Assembly (NCBI GenBank): GCA_965178125.1
Contig: OZ237738.1
Coordinates: 1,302,001-1,366,000 of the forward strand
Direction of reading: 5' to 3'
Origin: Bilabrum cf. latius
Lineage: Eukaryota
Length of the DNA: 64,000 nucleotides
This document shows, piece after piece, positions 53,691 through 64,000 of this stretch; the first letter of the stretch is position 1; the number at the start of each line of letters is the position of its first letter. Made by a program: the position numbers and the translations under genes. The notes under the pieces were generated by a model. It had not been told where the DNA came from. It made no database searches and saw only the letters and a list, made by a program, of their open reading frames with translations.

Positions 53691-55250
53691 TCACACCAGA
53701 GAGCCGATGCTGACGTCCGTTGAGAGGAGCACGTACCCGTCCCCGTAGGCCACCTCGGGGCTCACCACGCTGATGCCTCCCAGCGCGGGGAGGGCGATGC
53801 CGGGGCCCAGCAGCGCGTCGATCCCTGCCTCCAGGAGGGGGGCCAGCACGTCCACCAGCAGCTGGAGGGGGCCCAGGTTCACGGGCCCCACCCCGCTCCA
53901 CTTCTCTCCCAGCTGCAGCGACAGCTTGGTCACGTTCATCGCGACGACGGGGCCGGTGGCCGTGCCGTTCACCACGCTCCCGTTCCTGGCAGTGATCTCA
54001 AGATCCACGGAGGCGGACGCGTTGAGGGCAAACACAGGGGTACCCCCCGCGCCCAATGATGCGGAACCTGCGGCGCCGCGCAGAGCCAGCTCCGCTGCGG
54101 CGGGACTCTCCACCTCGAAGGCCATGCCGATGCCCACCACCATGACGAGGCCATCCGCCTGCGTGCTCTGGAACACCGGGCTGCCGTCGAGAGTCAGGTT
54201 CACTCCCATGGGCGTGCTGGCGGGGTACTTTGCGACCAAGCCAGGCACGGACGAGGCCCAGCCCCCCGCGTAGAGCGGGAGGGGGAACCCGGCAGGAGCT
54301 GTGGCGTTCGTGTACCTCCCGTCAAAGGCGCGGTTGTTGGCCGAGACCCATGCAGCGCACTGCAGCGGTGCCGTGTCGAAAGCCACCGAGATCATCTTGG
54401 TGGTGCCGCCGACTCCCGGGGCGGGTAGAGGTGCGGACGCGTAGGGGCAGGCCTGGCCCGATAGCACGTCGGTGGAGTTGAGGGGCAGCGTGGCAACGCC
54501 GACCGTGGCGGGGGGCGGGCCAGGGAGCGATACCACCTGGGCAGACGCGAAGAGGGTGTCGAACGCGGTGGCTGACTTGCCCCCCCCGACATCCAAAGTG
54601 GCCGGCAGCTTTGCCAGAGCCACGTCGAGCGTCGTGTCGATGGCCTTGGTGACCGCCTCCTCGATGGCCTTGGCGATCGCGTCCTTGAGCGTGCTCTTCA
54701 GCAAGTCCACCAGCAGGTTGTACAGCCAAGCGACTTTTCCATCGAAGTGGATGTCAAACGACGCGAAGGAGGCCTGCGCGGAGGTCACGGACAGAGCGAG
54801 CTTGCCGGCAGTCACGTTCGAGACCATCTGCAGCGACACCGCGGCCCCGTGCGGCTCGATCGTCACCTCTCCGTGGTCGCTGGCATGCGGCCAGTGCACC
54901 TTGCGCCACGCATAATCCATTCCCAGGTTCAGCGACAAGTCCAGGTTGCCGCCCGCCCCGGCAGGGGGCTGCAGAGTTGCAGCAGCGGTGGCGATGTTGA
55001 AATCGGTAATCTTGATGTTTGTCAGGTCGAGAGTGATGTGCCCGATCGGCTCTGCCACGTGCGTATCGATGTGAATGTTAGGAATAGTGATGCCAGGACC
55101 GAGCAATGCGTTCAGCGTCGCCTGCAAAGCCGAAGCAACTTCAGTCACGCCGGACTGGGCAGCCGTGATCTACACACCGGGGTTCAGGGCGTAACCAGCG
55201 CATGCCCCCAGTACAATTGCGCAAATTGCCGAAAATGCTGCTCGTCTCAT
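53691..55250 (-). CDS. Secreted BPI/LBP (TULIP) family lipid-binding protein
   Basis: Signal peptide MRRAAFSAICAIVLGACAG, then NPGV*ITAAQSGV (TAG at 55170), FDIHFDGKVAWLYNLLVDLLKSTLK and C-terminal GIALP...GYVLLSTDV. Ends in TGA. Confidence 0.85.
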
Positions 55251-56664
55251 CGTCGCTGATACCTCAAGTATGCACGAAGAATCCGGTGACAGGTCGATGA
55301 TCGCAGGGAATCCGATAATGAACTTCAACTCAAAAGCGCACGCTATCACGAAACCACGGAACTTCCAGAGAGTGAGGCAGCTGCAATGGCCTAAACCACA
55401 CGAGATCCACCCTGAGGTCCCATGTCCCCCTGGGGAGCGTCAGCGTTCGCGTTCCCTCCGGCGCCCGCTGCCGGCACCCCGTCCTGCTGCCCGTTCTGAA
55501 GCCGTGTCTCGAAACCGAAAATCGGGATTAGTTCTGGGATTAGTTGAGTGGGGATTCGATTCGAGACAAATTTCCGACGGATTAACTTGAACTGAGCCTG
55601 ACATGGTTACATGAGCTGCTAAGGTAGTTTCAAGGCCATGAGTATTATCTTTGATGCTTACATTTAGTTTGAAGAGTAGTCTGGGTAAAGTTTGATGATG
55701 TTTTGATAGTGCCTGGACGCTTCGACTCGACACGTGCCACATTTAATCAAGAGAAATTGGGTTAGGGCTTTGGACTAGTCTGGCGTAAATCCCGTCGTGA
55801 TAGATAATCTCATGTGTTCCAAAACACCAGGAGGCTGTGTGGTACCATTCTCACGGGCACCATTGAGCTGCTACGCCCTTCCAGGATTCCGTTCGAACCT
55901 CCCTCACGTGTCTGCTTGGGCACCTGCTTCTTTGTGCAAATTGATCGAACTCTACGACTATGTCAACGTAAAGTTGATTGTTCAAATTAATTAACGCAAG
56001 CAAAAGCACTAGCAAAAAGGCCTTCTTGCCGCGTGGTATGCTGGTTGAAGTTAATCCAGAAAATTTAATTCGAACCGAGCACGAAATTGGATTAAAATGT
56101 GCAATTTAATTATTAATTTAATCCGGATTCGGAGTTTCGAGACAGCACTTGAGCCAAGCACGCCTTGACGTTGGCGACCGCCACGACGAGGTTGTTGCTT
56201 TCGGCTGCCCCTGCAGCCAGGCTGGCAAAATACTCCGGGACTACCCTTACGAGCGCCCGTGTGGCCTTCGCTGCAGCCCTCCTCGATCCCTTCGAGACGA
56301 AGTCGAGGATTCTTGAGTGGCCCTGCATGACCCGTGACTCGGGCCGTGAGTACATAGTGTGGTACACACGCTGTTCCCCGCGCACGTGCTGGTGCTAGGC
56401 GGCAACGGAGAGGCGAGCCTTTGCCACAGAAGACCACGAGAGGCGCGCGTTGGCCGGATGAGTCGAAACCCGCCGCCCTTTGTCCTCCTACCGCTTCTTC
56501 CGCAACTTGTCGAGCACCTGCAGGAACTCGACCGGCTTCTCCCCGATCCTCCCCCCCCCCCCCCCAACACGTCCACCACAAAGGGTACGACCCGCACGCC
56601 ACTGCGCACCGGCGAAGTCCGGGTCAATAAAGTAGCGAGCAGTTTGGCGCATTGAGACCCGTTA

Positions 56665-59600
56665 GTAGCGCCGCGCGCCTACAATAGCGTGAGCGGAACC
56701 TAATTTGGCGGCCCCGGACGGGAATCTGAAACTTTGCGGCACTCGACCTCCGACCACGATGGGTTTGTGGTGATTCTATTGCGGCAAACGTGAGTTTTTA
56801 TGGTATGAGAATCGTTTGTCCGCGTTGGCGCGCGCAGCCATGCATGGCGGGTGGCCGCACGGGGGACCGAGCAGCCTCGGCCGCCCAAACGGCTCGAGCT
56901 TGTCTCCGCTCCCACGCGCGCTGCAGCGAAGCGCCCAAGCCTACCCCCGGCTCATTTATGTATAGCGTCGTAAAGTCTCGTATAGTACAGTTTTTGTCTC
57001 GATATTTTTGAAACTCAAGCAGGCAAACCTCGGAACGTGCCTGGCCGAGCTGATCTGGCGGACGCCACATCGCAAGGCTCTTGCGCGCCGAACACTGGGT
57101 TGACCTGCGAGTCCATGGCAGATTCAAACGTAAGGCAATGTATTATATCAATTTCGCCGGCTTGCTTGCTTGGGTTGTGTCGCCTTCGAGTAGTCACCAG
57201 CGCGGAGAGCCGAAATTGAGCGATCGGTGCCTCGCTGCCAGCCTCAGTTCTCGGTGTGCAGCAGAGTGCCCGATTTTTCGCTTTTGCCCGCGATGTAGCC
57301 TGGGATAATCAATCATTGCTCGCGATTTGGGCGTATTCCATGATGGGTACACCGGCAACGAGGGAGTTGGCTGCACCCCTCTCCACGACGAGATTTGCGC
57401 TCGTTTTTGCCGACTGCACGGCCACACGAGCCCATTCCAACCGAATCGCTTGCATTTTCTCTATTAGTGCAGTATGACACACCGCTTACATCTGCGCTTG
57501 ACCTGGAGGATGGATATTGCAGCGCGAGCGCGGCGTCTGTGCTCGGGGTTCTGCTCGCCTGCACCATCTCTCTCGGCATGTGCGAGCATTCAAGCGGGGG
57601 TTCGAACGATATGTGCCCGAGACAGGCCGATTTACGTGCAACTACTACAATTATGAGCGGTAAAGAGGACTGGAGTCCCAGGCGGATGGAGCAGATATGA
57701 AGCAGAGCGATAAGCTAGGCGCTGATCCAGCGGCACTCGCCGGTGATCGCTGTCATGCTGCGCAGAATGGCGCGGCATGTGTTGCACAAGTGGTCCCCGG
57801 ATGACAAAATCATCTCCGATTGTCTTGATCTGCTCGCTTTTGCGGTCGGGTTCAGGCAGAGGCGCCCACAGGCGTATCACTTGACTGCCAACCGCGCCGG
57901 GCAGCACGCTGCCTCTGCCGCCCGCGCGCTAGGTGCGGCCGATCTGAGGGCGTTCAACTTTGTCGGTCGCGTCGCGGACGAGATCCAACCCGTTGTCTCG
58001 GGCTCGCCAGGCGGGGAGCGCCGGATCAACTATGCTGCCTACGTGCTGGCGGGCGCCCTGCTCCGCCCGGCCACCCCCGACCAGGTGGCCGCCGTGGAGC
58101 CCGGCGGCAGGGACGCCGAGCTGGTCCCCGCGTATGGGGGGCCGTCACCCGTGGACTTTCCCCTCCCGATCGAGGAGTCCGGCGGCGAGTGCGGGTCCGC
58201 CGAACCCCCTCCCAGGGCAGGAGCAGGGGGTGGGGGGGCAGGAGCCAGTGCTGCCTGAACCCCTGCACGGAGGGCGACGACCTGTAGCGCAGCGGGAAGC
58301 TGCCTGGGGTATGTAGAGTGAGGTGGGGGCGAGGAGGAGGGGGGAGTGACGCGAGCCGCATGGCAGGCCTCAGGCAGGATCTGGCGGGTACCGTGGTGGT
58401 GGGCCTGCGAATGCAGGCTTATCGCATCGGGAGCATGGGGCGGCTGGTGTTCTTGCCGCCCCCGCTGCTGGCTACATGTGACAACGAGCTGCTCAGGAAG
58501 TTCGGGTGGCAGCTGCTGATGGAGTACACTTCAACGGGGGCGGACCTTCTCTGGCGCCTGGCGAGAGCGTCGTGGGCATCACCCTCAGGCGGAGTACAGG
58601 AGGGCTTGCATAGCAACAGGAGGAGACTCGTGGTGGGCGCGGATCCACACCATTGCTACCAAGTGGCTGCGGATCGCTCGCCCCACCATCGGAGGGGGGG
58701 GGGGGGGGGGGGCAGAGCAGGCGCGGCTGCTGCCCCTGCGAGAGGCTCTAACTCTGCCTCGGACGGCACCAGCAATGGGCGGACGAGGGGCAGACAGGGG
58801 AGGGGCAGAGGCAGGCCGAGCAAGGGGAGGGTCAGGGACGGAAGTCGAAGGCGGGGGGCGCTTGCCACAGCGCGCAAGGCAGGGGGTGGGTCCAGCGAGG
58901 ACGAGGACGAGGGCGGCCTTGCGGACGCCTCGAAGCGGTCCCGTGACCCCCAGCACCGGTCCTCTCGCAGATCGAGCCGAAGGAGGCTGCCCACGCAGAA
59001 GGGAATAGACTACTAAGAGACACTTGCGAGAGCCATGGCGGAGGACCGGGGGTGGCTCCGCGACGGGAGCGACGACGAGGACGAGGGGGGCGCGGCGGCC
59101 GCCGTGGCGGGCGACGGGGATGCAAAGGGCGCGGCTGCTGCGATGATGGACGCAGAATAGGGCGGTGATGTCGCCTACGATCCGATGGGCGAGGAAATTC
59201 CCGAATCCGAGGCGCAGATCGATGCTGAGGGGGAAGACGCGTAGGACGCGCCTCGGACGGCCAGGGGGGCGGCGGCTGTGTTGGCCAGCAAGCAGCTCTA
59301 GGCGTTCGACGCGATCGGAGGGAAGAAGCCCCCAATGCTGCCAGACCCAGAGTAAGACATCTGAGCGCCCTGCCGGCTCTGGGGGTCGCGGGAGCGACGG
59401 CCTGGCGCGGCCTGCCAGGGCCGCAGCGGGGTGGCGGGACCCGTTCGGGTCGAAACTCGGCACTTCTTCGCCCGGTCGGGGGTGCCCCTTCGGTTCGTGT
59501 GATAGATATGAGATCGAACAACAGGCTCCGCTCACGCGCATGCGGATGCAGCCGCTGGGGCGGCCTGCAGATGGCCGAGAGCGCGTTTGGACGGGCCAGC

Positions 59601-59971
59601 TAGAGAGGCTCCTTGCGCCCGAACCAGCGCCACCCAGCGTCTCACACGGCCACAATCGAAAGAACATACCATAAAGAACAACATATCAAAAATCTGTCAT
59701 GGAAGCTATAGGAAGCAAAATTTGCCGGGCCCGCACATTTCGGCCGCAGTGGGCGAGACAGTCGCGCCGCGCCGCCGGCAAATTTTTTGCCGCCGATCGA
59801 ATCCCGGCGCAATCGACGCACACAGTCACAAAGAATAGAGTAGGCGCGTTTTTTCTCGCAGATTTACTCCCCGCCCGCTCACAGGCGCCCAGACGTGATC
59901 CGGGCGCCCCGCCGGCCGCGCGCGCGGCCAAATTAGGTTCCGCTCACGCTATTGTAGGCGCGCGGCGCTAC
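56665..59971. mobile_element. Putative DNA transposon (decayed or non-autonomous) with 45-bp perfect terminal inverted repeats
   Basis: GTAGCGCCGCGCGCCTACAATAGCGTGAGCGGAACCTAATTTGGC at 56665-56709 is the exact reverse complement of 59927-59971. No obvious target-site duplication. Confidence 0.7.
57395..59355 (+). pseudogene. Degenerate reading frame inside the TIR element
   Basis: Protein-like segments are broken by in-frame TGA (57698), TAA (59014, 59353) and an apparent frameshift near the G-run at ~58230. Confidence 0.4.
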
Positions 59972-60040
59972 CGCGTCGTACGTGTCGTGTAACGAGAACT
60001 GTACCTTGTCGAATTGCTTTGCGTAAACTGCACAGATAAT

Positions 60041-62336
60041 ATGCCGGGTAGTCCTATTGGAGTCGAAAAGCTCTCGCGTGAGGTATTCCAAGTCCTCCAA
60101 GACGAAGGGCCGGAAGAGTTGAAGGAGCTGCTGGACAAGTACCCGAAGAAAACGGTGGCTGAAGCTCTAAACCAGTCTATACATACGTTCCAGAACATGT
60201 ACACTCTTGAAAAAGTGAGGATTTCACAATGAGCAATCGCTGACCTCGACGCAATGCCCTTGTATTTAGCAAGCCGTTGTGGTGTACGCCACTTGTGTTT
60301 CACATGTGCAGGTGGAAGGATACACCTGCCTACACCTTGCTGCCTACTACACTTCTGTCCCGAAGTGCGATGTTCTCTGCGAGCGCGGCGCCAATGTGAA
60401 CGGCAGGACCGCAAACGGCCTCACTCCGCTGCATGCCGCAGCGGCAGAGTTCGGGGACGATGCATGCGCTTACCTGGTAAGCCAAGGCGCGGACGTGAAC
60501 GCTAGAGACGACAAAGAAAAAGAAACTCCTATGGATTTGCTTTGGAAAAATGCAGCTCGTTTCAAGGGGACAGCCGCCATGAGCCGGACCGTCATGCTGC
60601 TCGCAGACCACGGCGCTGCCTTCCCTGAGTTCCCTGAACCTGAAGACGATTCCCCATCCGCCAAGACCGCGACGTACTAGCCTTTCCTCTTCTGCATGGC
60701 GAACCCAGAGCACTTTAGTCTTGTTGCCGCTGCGATCGTCGTGAAGGGAGGATATAGACCACCACCGCTCATCGACGGAGGCCCCATGACCTACGTTATG
60801 GCAACCGCTCGCAAGGGAATGGGCAGTGCTTTATCCGCGCTGATTGACGTCTGCAAACATAACGCAGACGTGACTGATAGTAGCGGACGCTCCCCGCTGC
60901 ATTTTGCAGCAGCCGAAGGACACACGGGAGTCGTCTCCACTCTGATCCGGAGCGGGCTTGCAGTGCGCGCCAAGAACAACAAGGGCAGCGAGCCGCTGCA
61001 CTTTGCCGCAAAGGGGGGACACCACTTCGTTGTTGCACAGCTGCTGGAGGCAGGTGCCGATCCAAGCGCCAAGAACAACGCAGGCAGCACACCCCTGCAC
61101 ATTGCAGCCAAGTTTGGCCACCGGGCAGTTGGGGTCAATCTGCTGGAGGCAGGTGCCGATCCAAACGCGAGAAGCGCGGCAGGTGATACCGCTTTATCCA
61201 TTGCGATGGCTGGGGGTCACGCCGAAACTGCCGAGGCACTGCTTGACGCTGGCGGGGATATCATGCACGTGGATCCGAAGCAAGCCCTGACGCATGCTGC
61301 TACGCGCAACCCGAAGCTGCTTTCTGAGGTGCTGGCGAAATGGCCTGAGCTGCTGGACCCGCAACAGAAGCTTAATGCGCTGCACCAGGCGATCCAGTCG
61401 GGCCTGCTCTCCTGTGTGCAGGTGCTGCTGAAGGCCGGCGCAAGCTTGGATGAGCAGGACGACGAAAGGAAGGCTCCTTTGCACGTGGCGAGCGAAGTGG
61501 GCTCTGAGACGATCGTGCAGGTGCTGCTGGATGCAGGCGCAGATCCTAACGCGCACGAAGATGGCTATGATACCCCGCTTCACCTGGCCGCCGCCAGAGA
61601 CCACCTAGACGTGATGCGCTTGTTGATCGCGGCTGGCGCCAACGTCGAAGCCCAGGGCGATATGGGCCACACGCCGATCTATGGTGCTGGCGCCCGAGCG
61701 TGCAAACTGCTCATTCAGAACGATGCTGACCCTTAGGGCACAGAATCATGCCGCCCTGCCTTGTGGTACGCGTGCGCCTACGGTTGGACCGGCCCGGCCG
61801 CGCTCATGCTGCAGGCCGGAGCCTTGGCCTGCAATTGTGACGACATCAGCATCCCAGGTCTCATGGAGTGCCATGAAAAAGGAGTAGATGGGGACAGCGA
61901 CGCGTGCCTGAAGCTGCTGCTCGACGCAGCCGAGCCGGACGAACGCAAGTACCTCGAGGAGCTGCTTGGCCTGCGGCTGACCAGGTCTGCGGTCGTGCAG
62001 ATGTTCCGCTACGCTCATGATGCGCATAAGGACGCAACTGCTGTGCACATTGCAGCTGCTTACGGCAGACCGCTGCAGCTGGAGGTCTCCCTGGAGCGCG
62101 GCAAGCACGCGGGCGCCCTCGACCTCAAGATGCAGGTGGGAGGCGCAGGGGAAGCGATGACCGCGCTCGAAGCGGCTCGGTTTGGCGGGCATGACGAGTG
62201 CGTGAAGCTGCTAGAAGAGGCAGCTAAGGCGGCCAATCCGAAGAAGTAGCGCAAGGCTGCTGGGCGCGGCAAGGCCCGTGCAACCCGCGGCAGGAGCAGG
62301 AGCACGAGCAAGGGCAAGCGTGGCCGGAAGTGGTAA
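60041..62336 (+). CDS. Ankyrin-repeat protein (3 in-frame TAG)
   Basis: Many G.TPLH.AA..G repeats. Intron ~60215-60311. ORFs joined in frame by TAG at 60678, 61734 and 62247. Ends in TAA. Confidence 0.88.
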
Positions 62337-62570
62337 CACCATCGCTCATGGGAATCACCGTAGCATGCGAATGAATCCAGACCTAATGTAGGCCTATGTT
62401 GTCATACTCCGATCCGCTCGCATACTATCCAACCAAATTACCTTGGCAACACACCTTACAAATATCAACGAAGGAAAATGCAGAGTTTGTAGTCCCAGCG
62501 CTGCCCCTACTAGTGCCGTCGCCAGTCGCAGCTCGTGCGGCGCCATGCTGGCCCGCCACCGGCCAATCAG

Positions 62571-64000
62571 TCAGGCCGCTATGTTCTGCCGGATGTATGA
62601 CGGCACAAAATGGTCAAAAAACCAGGGCCCCGGCGGAGCACCCTCTTCCTGCGGCGGGTCACCACCGCCGAACCCAGCTTCAGCTAGTACCGACATTGAC
62701 ATGCGAACCACAGGCTCGTCCCCAAGGCCACCCGAGGAGCGGCTTGCCATCAGGAGCTGCGCAGCAGCAGTCATGTCCACCTTGCCCTGGCCCGGGCCGT
62801 CGCCCCCTGTCCCTCCCCCGCCCGGTTTCCCCCTCTCTCCCGGTCCGGCCCGCGGGAGAACAAACACTCGCAGCGAGCCATCGGCACCGGTGCGAGCTCT
62901 CTCCTCCTGCTCGTCTCGGCGCCACGGCCTCCCCCCCACGCTGCCCTCCCCTCCTCCAGGTTCCCCACCGGCATCGGGGTCAGGACCCCCCATAGTGGGG
63001 CCAGGCACCAGCGCAGTCACGGGCTCTGGAGGCCTCGACATGGCCCCGCGGCCCGAGTGCCCTTCCCTGTACGGCAGCCGAACCGCCGCACTCGTCAGTT
63101 TCGCGTACCTGAACATCCTCTCACGCCACTCCACGCCCCCGAAGCTGCCCTTGGCACCGACAGCCAGGCTCTCTACGTGCCAGTGCGCCATGAAGGAGCA
63201 CCCGTCCGCGTCGCTGTCGCTCCCACTATACTAATACACATCGGCCGCGGCGGCCACGGCAAGTGCCCGAGCGATCCCTGCGGTACGCCCCTCGGTGGGC
63301 GTCAGTCTGGCACGAATGGTTTCCCGCCGCGGGTGTGCGTCCGCCTTGCCGCTCCGGGGAGCGCACCCCGGCGCGCCCACAGCGTCGGCGCGGCAGCCAT
63401 CGCAGCGGAACTCGGGCAGGATGAGGGTCCTCCCGGACGCCGCCGCGAGAGCGAAGCCGGCCCGCAGGCCCGCCACCTGGACCTTCAAGGAGGCGGATTG
63501 GTTGCCCCCCACGAGCTCGAGGTACCTCCTGCTGCCACCCGTGTAGTAGCCCCCGTCTGACCCAGGTGGCCAGACCCCCCCCTCGAAGGCACCGGCGGGC
63601 TGCGCGCCGATCTTCGAGAGGCCGTCTAGAATGGCCTGCACGGGCTTAGGAGGAGCCAACCGTGGCTGCACCATTCCCTGCGGGATTGCACCGTCGCCGT
63701 CGGCTGTGGGAACAGCACCACGGGAGTGAGGGCTTGGCGGCATGCTATCGAAGAACCAAAGCAGCATTTCCTTGAAGCGGTATATCTTCGCTTCGTTCCC
63801 GTTGACCCAGTTGTTGTGGATCATCAGCGGACACCGCGAGTCTGCTTCGGCCACGGAACTCCCGTTGCTTGATGACGAGTCTGCTGCGGCTGTTTGCCTT
63901 GCAACAGGCCTCGCAGCTCCTGCACTTCCACTCGCCCACCCGCCTCTGAGCAGTCCCAATGCCCGAGTTCCGGATGAGCCTCCGACGGTCGGGCCAGCCA
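62571..64000 (-). CDS. Nucleotide-diphospho-sugar transferase-like protein, 5' part outside window
   Basis: HNNWVNGNEAKIYRFKEMLLWF, followed by LRAGFALAAASGRTLILPEFRC and WRERMF. In-frame TAG at 63231. Ends in TGA. Confidence 0.6.

Noticed and set aside
55800-56660. Short ORFs left of the TIR element
   Set aside because: No consistent frame or motif. Possibly a decayed fragment, but not supportable.

Overview
Gene-dense eukaryotic nuclear DNA with GC-rich exons and short GT-AG introns. A mitochondrion-targeted TPI-GAPDH fusion plus flagellar genes (IFT27, dynein LC1) point to a flagellated stramenopile, possibly a bicosoecid; this taxon is inferred, not confirmed. About 23 protein genes can be reconstructed. 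The main finding is a non-standard nuclear genetic code. By my manual count about 50 in-frame TAG codons interrupt 17 otherwise intact genes, often inside conserved domains, and the fragments rejoin in frame. The reconstructed genes end in TGA (18) or TAA (5), and neither occurs internally. UAG therefore appears to be a sense codon, most likely Gln with Glu not excluded, while UAA remains a stop. The window also has a 3.3-kb element with 45-bp perfect terminal inverted repeats, a 1.8-kb repeat unit with TG...CA ends at the left edge, two PCGF-like RING-RAWUL genes, tandem PLAC8 genes, a PfkB-SIS fusion and a histone H1 gene with symmetric micro-exons. Exon boundaries were placed by eye.
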